Source: the human T2T-CHM13v2.0 reference genome, Homo sapiens. Taken from it: a stretch of DNA of 64,000 nt. The stretch lies in assembly GCF_009914755.1 (NCBI RefSeq), contig NC_060941.1; one strand, 5' to 3'. Made by a program: the position numbers and the translations under genes. The notes beneath the pieces are model-generated. The model was given only the letters and a program-made list of their open reading frames with translations. It was not told the DNA's origin and searched no databases. Below, piece by piece: positions 22,777 through 46,844 of this stretch (the first letter of the stretch is position 1; every line of letters begins with the position of its first letter).

Positions 22777-23209
<433 letters not shown>

Positions 23210-23917
23210 TAATGCACTTAAATTTCCAGGAGTCATTACAGCTTTGAACACAAAACCACTAAAGGAAAGTAGCAACCCCACCCTCTGAGCCAGAGAATGG
23301 CCTGTTCATCACTCCCTCTAAGTTACCCAAAACCATTAACACTGTTAGAGCCTTTAAATCCACTGCAACAATTATTTATTAATAGTCGAGCATTGTATAA
23401 TATGAGAGATTAAAAAAGAAAACAGAACATTTTATAATTATTTTTTGTACTTTACTTGTGGTATATTCATTCTTTTATACATATTCAATATGTAATTTTA
23501 TTTTTCTATTTTTGCTTCCATTAACCAAATACTAAAAGAATTCAATATATAACAACAACAACAACAACAAAAAGAATATAAAGTCCCTGTTCTCAAGGAG
23601 CCGGGTATCTGCTTGTATGCTTGTACCTAACAAGAAATGAGTCCTGGGCTAAATGGTTTACACCACTCATTAACTCATCTAATCTCTGTGGCAGTCCCAG
23701 GAAACATGTCAGATTGGCCTGATGTTAGAGACAAGGAAGTTGAGGCTCCCAATGGCTCAGTGATTTGCTCCAGGACACATGGCTGGTGGGACTCACAGAC
23801 TGGGAGGGAGAGTACCTGCAGAGGACCTCATCCGTGGCCCATGTGCACATATAAACAAGAACACTCTATTTATGGAGTTCCAAAGTAGAGAAAGTCAGCA
23901 GCAGCAGCAGCACTTAC

Positions 23918-24026
23918 CAGCCTTACACACGTGGATAATCTCAAACCCGATGTTTTCGCCTTCTCTATCACAGTCAGTCCAGATCACCAGAGCCTGGCAC
24001 TGGCGAGTCTCTCGTTCCAAAGTTTT
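23918..24026 (-). CDS. TOP3A: TOP3A exon 5 (109 nt), TOPRIM DxD motif
   Basis: KTLERETRQCQALVIWTDCDREGENIGFEIIHVCKA; acceptor taag, donor gtaagt. Confidence 0.96.
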
Positions 24027-24281
24027 CTTAAGTTCGCAGTGGAATAAGAGTGGTGAGAACAGAATTGCACAACAGTGACTTGACATCTCTAAGCTAAGGG
24101 GATCTGACTGAAGGTTAATGCTGCTCTTGGAGTGTGACAACTTGGCAAGGGAAAGAGAACAGAGAAAACTGCTCTCATTGGTGCTAATCATGATACAACC
24201 CCTTAGAACCATAAACGAGTTTCTAGAATAGAGGGTTTAATATAACTTCCCCAATATGACAAAACCTGAAATTCAGCTCTA

Positions 24282-24319
24282 ACACACACACACGCGCGCG
24301 CACGCGCGCGCACGCACAC
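24282..24319. repeat. Alternating purine-pyrimidine (CA)/(CG) tract
   Basis: acacacacacacgcgcgcgcacgcgcgcgcacgcacac. Confidence 0.95.
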
Positions 24320-24362
24320 TTCGAGAGGTTCTGATTATGACCTAGTTAAAAAAAACGAAGCC

Positions 24363-27066
<2,704 letters not shown>

Positions 27067-27155
27067 ACCCAGTAAGATCAACATGCCTCAAAATTCCTGT
27101 GAAATTTCACAACTTACTATAATCTGAAAGTCCTTCCCTTGAGAATTGTACTGAC

Positions 27156-27229
27156 CATTTTCGAAACTGCATCTGGAAATCATGAGCCAGTAAATGTCCA
27201 GAAACTGAAGTCATTACCATGGTAACATT
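27156..27229 (-). CDS. TOP3A: TOP3A exon 3 (74 nt)
   Basis: NVTMVMTSVSGHLLAHDFQMQFRKW with the type IA SVSGHL motif; AG/GT boundaries. Confidence 0.96.
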
Positions 27230-27686
27230 CTGAATGATGACAAAATTCAAAATTCAGTTAGTCTTTTTGCAGTTATTATTCTGCCAAATCATTAAAATGA
27301 GAGGGAGGAGCTTCTATTAAAGACATTTTTAAAAACCTGATTGGGAAGAAATAAACATAAATATAAGCTCTTCAAAGCCAAAAGTCACAGGAATACAATC
27401 ACCATTCTAATGATATGGTGTATAACTGACGCCTCTTGCATCAGTTAAATTTTCCTCAAACTATTGTATATTAGCTTTTTTTTTTTGTAATGAAGAGCTG
27501 AGATGGGACCATATTTTATTAAAAAGAGAACTCCTCATAAATTATAAAGTGATCACCCCATATCCAGGAACCTTTAGGTTGTTAACAGTTGTTATTCTTA
27601 AGACAGCGACATATTCTACATATGACGAGGCTGACTACTTTCTCTTGCTTATGATTGAAATATTTTAGAAATATTTTAGCACCTAC

Positions 27687-27746
27687 CTGGCCATACAGAT
27701 GATAATCAAATTCATAGATCTTGTTGAATTTTGAAAGTCCTTCTCT
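27687..27746 (-). CDS. TOP3A: TOP3A exon 2 (60 nt)
   Basis: REGLSKFNKIYEFDYHLYGQ; AG/GT boundaries read directly. Confidence 0.96.
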
Positions 27747-27799
27747 CTATAAAACAAAAATAAGTAAAAAATATAAATTACGTTTAAAACAATGGATTC

Positions 27800-30400
<2,601 letters not shown>

Positions 30401-30685
30401 AGTATTAATATTTATTGAAAGTTTCCTGCATTCCAGACACCATATTAGGCGTTAGGACATAGCAATTAACAAAATATAATCACTGTCCTTTGGAGTTTAG
30501 AGTCCAAGGAGAGGCAGTGACAAAAATCAAATAAATGATCGCACATCCCATTATTTAACTGTAACTAGTAGATGCCTTTCAAGTAGAATAGAGTGCTATG
30601 ACAGCATGTCAGTAAGGGTCTCTGACCTAGTGTGGGGGAACAGGTGGTGAGGGAAGGATTCCTTGAAGATGAGACATTTCAGCAG

Positions 30686-31510
30686 CCTCTCTCCTCTAGC
30701 CGCCCCAGATGCCAAAAGGAAAGATGGCCAAGGGGAAGAAGTGGCCCTGGCCCCTGTTGTCATGGAGCAGCAGTAGGCCAAAAAGGTGGTAAATCCCATT
30801 TGAGAAAAGCCCTAATAATTTTGGCATTGGATATCTAGCCTAAGGGCCTCACCCACTTTGTCAAATAGTCCCGCTATAAATGGCTGCTGCGGCAGAGCCG
30901 CTGTACTCTATAAGTGGCTGATGTGCCACCTGGGATTGACCAGTTCACCCAGGCCTCAGACTACCAAACTTAAGCTACTCAATTGCTTAAGCTGGCCCAC
31001 AGTACAGACAAGAGACAGAGCAAGGGATGAGATCGAAACCGTTGGCCCAGGCTGAGAAGAAAGCTTCCAGCAAAGGGGATGTCGCTACTAAGAGACCACC
31101 TACACTTCGAGCAGGGGTTGACACCGTCACCAACTTGGTAGAGAGCATGAAGGGTCAGCTGGTGGTGGATCCCATTGAGCTGGTTGTCTTCCTGCCTGTG
31201 CTGTGTCCTAAGATGGGGATTCTCTACTGCACCGTCAAGACTGTGGTGTCAAATTCCACAGGAAGACCTGCACCACTGTCACCTTCACAAAGGTTAACTT
31301 TCTGGTAGACAAAGGAGCTCTGGCTAAGCTGGTGGGACAAATTACAACGACATATGAGATCTGCTGTCACTGGGGAGGCAATGCCCTGGGTCCAAAATCT
31401 GTAGCTTGCATTACCAACCTAGAAAAGGCAAAGGCTAAAGAATTTGCCACTAAACTGGGTTAAGTACACACTGTTGTGTTTTCTGTACATAAAAATAAAA
31501 ATTCTCTTTC
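30686..31510 (+). pseudogene. RPL7A processed pseudogene in TOP3A intron 1
   Basis: 5'TOP tract, then ATG at 30709 (MPKGK.AKGK), AEKKA..KGDV.TKRPP.LRAGV and [10 protein letters not shown], ending ATKLG TAA at 31461-31463 followed by AATAAA. Intronless, with frameshifts and stops. Confidence 0.93.
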
Positions 31511-31520
31511 CAAGAAAAGT

Positions 31521-32397
<877 letters not shown>

Positions 32398-33099
32398 GGG
32401 AGAGAGAGAGAATGAATTCAGCAGAGCCTTGAAGGATAAGAAGTTAGGCGTAGGAGAACCATTTTTCAATGTCTACTTCATTGTCTAGAAGTAGACAAAC
32501 CTTGGGGCTGGTCACCAGGACTTCTAGCACTGGAAACAGGTAAAGCTGTCAGCCAGCATTCACACAACCCTGGCTCCACTCCCACTATCCTTGATCTGGA
32601 AACAGGTCTTAGGACCCTGGGAACTAAAGAAAAATGAGCAGGGAACTTCCACCCATGCTCTTAGAAAAGTTCTCCAGAAAACCATTTCAGGATCTACTTT
32701 TGTTATCTGAGATATTTTCCTGGACAGCTCTTTATGTCTCCCGTGGCACCTCCTTTATGAAACTTTTTCTTATCCTCCCTTGCGTTTGTGCCTCCCGTGT
32801 GTGTAGAACACATTCTTACCACTTACCTCTCTCAGAATCAGTTCATTCGGGTAGGAACAGGGCTGACTTCAAATCTAATCCCCAAACCTTACCGTGTTGC
32901 TGTAAGTGTGCACTGTGAGGCTGGAAAGTCACAAGGGCTGTAGAATGCAGTGGCTGTGGCACAGGATGGGGAGGGCTAGGTTGGCTGGGGAACGATCGGG
33001 CAGGGCTTGAATGCCAAGTTAAGGGAATCTGGTCAGTAGTTCCCAAATGAATTTCTGAATCTCTAGGGAAAAACAGTAAAATACACACTTCCCCAGCCT

Positions 33100-34560
33100 C
33101 ACACAAGACCCGAAGGGCAGCCAGCGCCCGAGGCGATTCCGAGAATCAGACAAGTTTGGGAACCTGCTAAGCGCAAGCAAAACAAAAGGTTTCCACGCAA
33201 ATGAGTGAGATGTATCAACTACGTTTTAAAATGCACTCCAGTCCGAGAGCAGACAGGAGGCCACTGCAATAATCCAGACGAGGGGCAGTGAGGCCTGAGA
33301 AATGGGAGATAATCGCCTTCATCTCGATTCTTGGCGCCCACCACGCTGTCCCGCTCGGTGGGCCTCCCTTAAGGCACGCAGCTGATCGGAACGCGCTTTC
33401 TTACCCGCCTCATGCGACCGTTTGACAGCAGGTCGGCGATCCCCTTGGCCGCGTCGTTTTTTTCGGCCACACAGAGGACTTTCCGCACGCCTCGGAGGGC
33501 CATCTCCATGGCGGCGCGGGAAAAGGCACGGTCTTCGGGCCGTCGCAGCCACCGGAGCGCGTAGCGGGCGACAGGAAAGATCATCCTCAGACCTCGCGCC
33601 CGGAGCCGCTCCCCGGCTGCCGGCGCATCCTGGGGAAGCCAGAGATGAGGCTCAAATGGCGCCCACCGAAAGGGAACCAGAGCCTCGCTTCGGTCACGTC
33701 CCCACCAGCCTGCTGGCCTTTGGAGCTTCAGTCACTGAGCCTTTCCCGTGCCGCAGCCGCCGCCTCAGCACCGAATCCAGTATCTTGGCGTGGAACTTCC
33801 GCCCGCCTTCTCCAGCTACTTCCGCCAGGCGCGCGCCCCACAGCGACCTGGAACTACAACTCCCAGACTGTCCCGCGCCCCTCGTCCAAGCACGTTCCCC
33901 TCTGCCACCTTCCCGCCGCCCCCGTCTCACTCCGCCCCTCTTTCCCCTCCTTCCCGGCAGTGGTTGGTTAATCGGACTCCTTCTTGCGGGGAGCCGCCAG
34001 ACACTCCCATCCAAGGCCTCTTTCTCATGACTTTTTAATCTCCTGCTCGGAAGTCTACGAGGACGCTTCCGGGTCACGCGGCGCGGACACCAGGAGTCAT
34101 GTGATGTCAAGATGGCGGCGCCGCGGTAGCAGGATCCGGGTTGTGGCGTCCTAGGAGCCGCGACGGTTTCTGCCCTCGGGCAGTGAGGGGCAGCAGCGCT
34201 TGGCTGACCCCTGCGGCGTCCCGTAGCCTCGCGTTAAGCCTTGTTCAGAGCGGGGGCTTTTGCTGTCGCAGTGGGTTCCGGAGAGTGCAGGTGATTTCGC
34301 AGCAGGTTTCTTGTGCTGGCCGCGCTCGCCGGACGAAGAAGAGAAGGGCAGTTGGGCCTGCGGCCTTGGCGTTCATGAGGCCTCAGAGAGCTCCGGAGGA
34401 GCTACAACTGTGAGGGGGCTGCTAGAGTTCTTCTCCTCGGGTGTGTGAGAAGCAGCCTAGGACCCCGGGTTCGGGGAGTCGCAAAGAAGGCCGTAAGGGC
34501 TTCACTTCCTTCTCCGGAGGCCTGCCTTCTGCGCGTCGATTAACACCGCATTCTTTCCCA
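33100..34560. promoter_or_regulatory. CpG island / bidirectional TOP3A-SMCR8 promoter
   Basis: CpG-dense, with the two ATGs 1011 bp apart head-to-head. ZNF143/THAP11-type ACTACAACTCCCAG at 33853-33866; ETS/GABPA cores at 33795-33801, 33818-33824, 34048-34054 and 34065-34072; YY1 AAGATGGCGGC at 34109-34119; GC boxes. Confidence 0.92.
33405..33584 (-). CDS. TOP3A: DNA topoisomerase III alpha, coding exon 1 (M1 mitochondrial start at 33584; M26 nuclear start at 33509)
   Basis: Translates MIFPVARYALRWLRRPEDRAFSRAAMEMALRGVRKVLCVAEKNDAAKGIADLLSNGRMRR, the TOP3A N-terminus with the TOPRIM VAEK motif. GT donor at 33404-33403. Confidence 0.98.
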
Positions 34561-34595
34561 CTTCCTCTCAATGTTTTCTTCATATATCTGGAAAT

Positions 34596-41117
<6,522 letters not shown>

Positions 41118-41422
41118 GAACAAAGAGGTTTGTAATTCTAAGGCCCCACTGAAAGCTTGCCATGGCTCCAAAAAAGAGTCCATTCAGCAGGAATCGGACC
41201 ACAAAGGGCTTTGTGGGCCACCCAGCGTGTTTTTGACCTTGGTCATAAGAGTGGTGAGGAGCCCTTTGAAGATTACAATGATCAGATTTGTCTTCCAGGA
41301 AGAGCCAGTGCATGCTGGCTAGGTGGATGCTGGCCTGGGGACAGGAGGCCTCACCTCCCAAGCTTCTGCCTCCACTTTCCCGGCCCTTGCCCTTCCTCCT
41401 GACCTTGGCCTGTCTGTTTCAG

Positions 41423-41876
41423 AGTGGCCTCCCCTGCCGGTGCCGGTACCCTCCATGCCCTGAGCCGCTACAGCCGCTACACGAGCATCCTGGACCTTGA
41501 CAACAAAACCCTGCGCTGCCCCCTTTACAGAGGCACCCTGGTGCCCCGCCTGGCAGACCACCGCACACAGATCAAGCGGGGCAGCACCTACTACCTGCAT
41601 GTCCAGAGCATGCTCACCCAGCTCTGCTCCAAGGCCTTCCTCTACACCTTCTGCCACCACCTGCACCTGCCTACCCACGACAAGGAGACAGAGGAGCTGG
41701 TAGCCAGCCGCCAGATGAGCTTCCTAAAGCTGACCCTGGGTCTGGTGAATGAGGATGTTAGGGTGGTCCAGTACCTGGCTGAGCTGCTGAAGCTGCACTA
41801 CATGCAGGAATCTCCAGGGACCAGCCACCCCATGCTCAGGTTTGACTATGTCCCCAGCTTTTTGTATAAAATCTGA
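41423..41876 (+). CDS. SMCR8: SMCR8 coding exon 2 to TGA stop (937 aa in total)
   Basis: tttcag acceptor; VASPAGAGT(796)LHALSRY...FDYVPSFLYKI*; 2360+454=2814 nt = 938 codons. Confidence 0.97.
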
Positions 41877-44540
41877 GGTCGGTCCCAGACACTGTGACCA
41901 AGACCTGTGACTCAGGGTATGGGGAGGGGAGGGGTTGGCATGACCAAACAGTTGCCTGAGCTGGACTGTTTAAGTTTCTGGTGTCTGGCAGCATGGTTCC
42001 CACGTGGCTCCTAGTAGTTTTTAAGTTGGACATGGGCAGAAGTGGAGCCTGGCTCCCTCTAAAGGCGTCTGGAGGGATGGTGACAGCTACATTTGGCTCC
42101 CTGGTGAAGAGTGGCCCCTGGATATGGAGGGGGCCTTGGTTTTCTGAGGACTGGCAGCCAGGGCAGAAGGGAAGCCACCAGTCCCTTGGTGGGGCAGGGT
42201 GAGGGCAGGAAGGCCAAAGCCTGATGGGAGGAGCACACTGGCTGTATTCAGCATTGCCGGACACTTGAGTGGCAAAATGAACGAGGGTGACAGCCAGGTA
42301 ACTGTTGTGGTTTGGTGGAAAACAGGAGGGCAGAACACCCATCGCCTCCTTCAGACCCAGATGCAGCCCTTTATTTGCTTCCTGGAGCCCACTGTCCTAG
42401 GGGAGGCCCTGGACCAGCCAGTGGGGGTGAGAAAGGCTGCCACCCTCTGGGTCGTGGGAAACATGCGACCTTGGCCTCAGGGCCACAGAGCGTGAGCAGC
42501 ACCCTGTCCGCTGTCCTCGCCACCTTTACCTGGGAGAGAAGTGCCTGTGAGCGGGCCTTGGGACTCACTCCCCATACTCTTTCACCAGGAACGAGCAGAG
42601 TGTTCACTAGTCCTAGTGTGAAGCGGGCACAAGTGACCAAAGCCAATGGTGAGGACCACCTTGGGGGCTGGAGAGCACAGCAGGCAGAGCAGGGCTGAGG
42701 CGCCATGAGGCCATCACCACCATGCAAGGGAGGAGCAGCCAGCAGCTCTCCTGGGTGGCCCACTGGCTCCTGCCGGCCAGAGCGCATGAGCACTGACCTT
42801 CCTCGTGGGGAAGGTCTGCAGACCCGTGTGAACATGGCAGAGGCCACACTCCAGCTCCCACCCACATAAACCTTTGCAACCACTTCACTACCTCTCACTG
42901 GGTCTCGTGGGCTTGGGACAGCAACGGTTCTGTTTAGTCAGCTGGTGCAGGTGGTTGGCCCAGCCGATGAGAACTCAAATAGCACGGATTTCCTGGATGA
43001 GCTACCACGTGGCGCTCTTCAGGTTCTGCCTCTGGGAGGCTGTGTGCACCTCAGTCACCACAGCTCACGGCCGTCCCCAGTTGAGTCCCCCTTCTGAGGA
43101 CAAGTTTGAAACTGGGAAGGAGACACCCCCTGGTTCCGCCAGCACCTATCCCACTGATAGTGATCCCCTGGCCTCCCCGAGCCTCCTTAGGCAATGGCCA
43201 CTGGTTTGTAGACAGAGAGTTTCTTGCAGCCTTGAAAATTTTATTCCCTAAGTGGGGACAGCTCTGGTATTACTGCTTCTTTAATTTGTTCCACAAAAAT
43301 TATGCTGAAATGGACCTGAATCAGCCCTGGGTGTGCTTCTGTTGGCGCCTGCTGCCGAGGCCCGGCCTGCCCATCGGCCTGTAGTACGCCATCGAGGTCA
43401 TCATGGAGCCAGCCAGCTTCTCTTCTCATCAAGGAGGCAGAGACCCCTGGTGGAAGCCAAGAGTGACCGAAGAGGGCTTGCATCACGTCACTCCAGTGGT
43501 TCCCTCCTTGTCCAAGTCCTCGTTTTAAGGGCATGGCCCGTTGGCTCCAGCCGTTGGCTTCTGTTCAGGGTCCTTGCTCCCATCAGAGGTGTTTGATTTT
43601 GCTCCTGGGGCTGCGATGGAGAACCTTTTGTGGCAGATGGTGCTGCCTACATCTCATTGGTTCTCTGTACCTGTGCCCGTTGCGCATGTTCACAGACAGG
43701 AGAGTCGCCAGCAATACCTTGGCAGCCTTTAAATGTGAAACGTCTGTTACTTGCGCTGGAGGCAGAGGCTGTGCAGGGAGCCTGCTTCTAATCGTGGGCT
43801 CCCTTATCTGTTACGGTTCCCTCCCCTCCTGTTCTAGATGCTGATTCGTTTTCTCACTGGCTGGTTAATTGCTGTCTACTTAGGCCTCCAAGGCCATAAC
43901 TGTGCAACATTTTATCTGAGAAGGAAGGAAGGTCAGAAAGTGATCACTGGCACCACCACTGTGGCATTCCTGTCACACCAACACAGAAATTCACAGCTCA
44001 TACTGTTCTCACCTGGGAAACTTGGGAAGGGCTGATGAGTTTGGGGCAGATCCTGAATTGCAGCCACACTTGGCCTTCTAGAAGCTGAAGTTGTGCCCTC
44101 AAGTGGTCCTAAGTAGAAGTCCACTTGAGGTATTTGCTGGCACACACCCTCAAGGGTGGTTCAGAAGGTCCTGAAACCTAAGGCAAAAGGCTGCTGGGGC
44201 ATGAACAGAACAGACCGTCTCAGGGGCAGCCATGTAAGTGGCAAGCAGGGCTGGTCTCCCTCAAGGTGGTTCTTCATTAAGTAAAGATGGCTTCGTGACT
44301 AGTGTTTAGCTCCCAGATTTATATTTGGGTTAAAAACTAACTTTTCAATGTGGCAGTTTCAAAGGATTACTTGATGCAAAGTATGTTTCCTTTCAAAGGG
44401 ATCTTGACGTGGTACCAGGACTGAGTCATGATTTGGGCAGAGGCAGTTAACACTGGGAAGCCCTGCCCCTCCCTATGCCCCCTTCACTCCGGGGAACTGA
44501 AACCTACTCTGAGTCTCACATCTCTAAACCTCAGTGCTGA

Positions 44541-44912
<372 letters not shown>

Positions 44913-46696
44913 TTAGTAAGTTTTTAATGAAACCATTAAAAATTACACTTCCCAGAAAATAGATGACATCAGTGCCCCTTGCTACTTTCTCAGTCCTCAC
45001 TATTGCTTTGAGGGCCCAGGTACTGAAACTGGTTGTCTTGAGTTTTGTGTCAGCTTTTTCTCCAGTCCATTATCCCCCTCCCTTGCTTCTGAAGCAGTCT
45101 AGGTTAAACTAGCCAGGCAGGTAGTTGTGGACTGGTGATTTTCAAAAGCCCCACTTTAGAGATCAGGCCACAGCTTTTTATATCGCACAGGACACATCAG
45201 CCTGAGCTGCTGCCTCATGCCTGTTTCCCCAGGAACCTCACTCCTTTGGTAGAACCTTGGGATTTTAGAAATTGTGGCTTTTCCATAACTCATTTACTCC
45301 AACAGTTGAAGTTACACACATTGCTCCCAAATTTGGAAATAGACCACAGTACCTTACCTTTCATTCCCCATCTGGCCTTTACCTTCTTTGCTTCAGTGGT
45401 TGAAAACAGTTGCCATATTCAAAGTATAGTAGATTTCAACCTCACACAAATGACAAGTCCCATTTTACAATCCTAGGAAGGCCCACCAATTTCATTTCAC
45501 GCGCCAGGGCGGCTGCAGTTGGAGGCCGAGGGCAGCCCTCTGCTCACTGAATGTCTTGCATGTGCTGACTGCTGCCCGCAGTGCTGAACATGCCCCACCG
45601 CCCAGGCCCAGCACTGCTTGTTGGGTCAGCATCTAGTGCTGCTGTCACATCTTTGTCTGCACAGCCAGTAGGATTGCCTCAGCCAGGGGGTTTATCAGAA
45701 GGTGTGCAAGGCCTTTGGGGGAACTGAGCCCCTATAGTGGGCAGTCTCCTTTACCTTCCCACCTCCCTGAAAAGCACAGAAGACAGTGCCTTGGTTTGTG
45801 TTTTGAAGCAAACAAGTCAGCTTTCTGGCTTTGCCCCAAAACTGTGATGGAACATAATAAAACTGGAGATATGGTTTTTAACACTGCAAAAAGGAAAAAG
45901 CATCAAGTTTCTACTTCTGGCTGGAAAGCAAAACCAATCTCAGCTGACAAGGCTGGGCAAACTAAGTTTTCCTGAGCCCATTTTCCTTTGAGCCCTGACC
46001 TAGCCTGGCCTTACCTCATTAAGGTTTGGTTAAAGCAGTGGAAAGGAGGAGGAGGCAGGGGTGGATGGGGGTGTGGGGAGGGGATGAGCACTCTGCAGCC
46101 GATTAATCTGTTGGTAGGGGCCCAGCTTCTTGGGAGTGCTTATTCAGCCCAAGAGTGGAGGCTGTTTACAGCGAGCCCTGGAGATGGCAGCTTGTCTCCA
46201 GCTGGGGAGGGGTCAGGCCCCTAAATTGAAGACCACTTTGGTAGCAGAACTGTAGGGACTGGTGAGTCAACTCACAGATTCTGCAGCAGCTGCTCCACCC
46301 ACAATAAAGCAAACGCCGACAGGCTAGACCCCAGATTGCAGGGGCTGCCACCTACAAGGTGGGACCACAGGCTGCCTCACCGGGATTGTCTGCCACTAAA
46401 TAGCTGGAGTCACAGATTGAGATAAATGCCACCTTCAAGGTTGCAGTGAAAAGCATAATCCTATGTGATGAATTTATATGTGTTATTTTTTAAAAAGCTA
46501 TTTTATTACTGCATGTTCCCGTCCCGTCTTGTGAATGTGAGTCCCCGCCACCACGTGAGGTGCAGTCGTTGCAGCGGCTGGTGCAGGAGTGCAGCTGGCG
46601 CGTGTGTGATAGCATCTCGTAGGTGTTGCTGCACAAGAGTTAACCAGAGTCAATGCCAAACACATAGTATGAGAAGTGTACTTTTTAAGAAATTAA

Positions 46697-46702
46697 TTTA
46701 TT
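46697..46702 (-). terminator. SHMT1: SHMT1 distal poly(A) signal AATAAA
   Basis: tttatt on the + strand. Other minus-strand candidates at 46502-46507, 47289-47294 and ATTAAA at 47345-47350. Confidence 0.65.
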
Positions 46703-46838
46703 TGAGTTCAAATATTTTTGAAATATAAAAATTGGTTGTATTTTTTAAAGCTATAATTCTTGTAGACATTCTGTGGTTAAAAATTTGATTGTGCTTATTA
46801 AAAATGGTCATCTATGTTTTGCACTTCAGCTACGTGAA

Positions 46839-46844
46839 AATAAA
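46839..46844 (+). terminator. SMCR8: SMCR8 distal poly(A) signal AATAAA
   Basis: Canonical hexamer after a U/A-rich stretch. Confidence 0.7.

Noticed and set aside
31027-31308. 93-aa ORF with RPL7A similarity
   Set aside because: Residual frame of a disrupted processed pseudogene.
32470-32497. 10-bp inverted repeat tgtctacttc / gaagtagaca with an 8-nt loop
   Set aside because: Short enough to occur by chance in 64 kb, with no supporting context.
33422-34030. 202-aa plus-strand ORF across TOP3A exon 1 and the promoter
   Set aside because: Non-ATG start, low-complexity R/P/S/A composition, and the expected stop-codon scarcity in a CpG island.
41836-43844. Several 100-175 aa ORFs on both strands of the SMCR8 3' UTR
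   Set aside because: No recognisable homology; consistent with chance in GC-rich UTR sequence.
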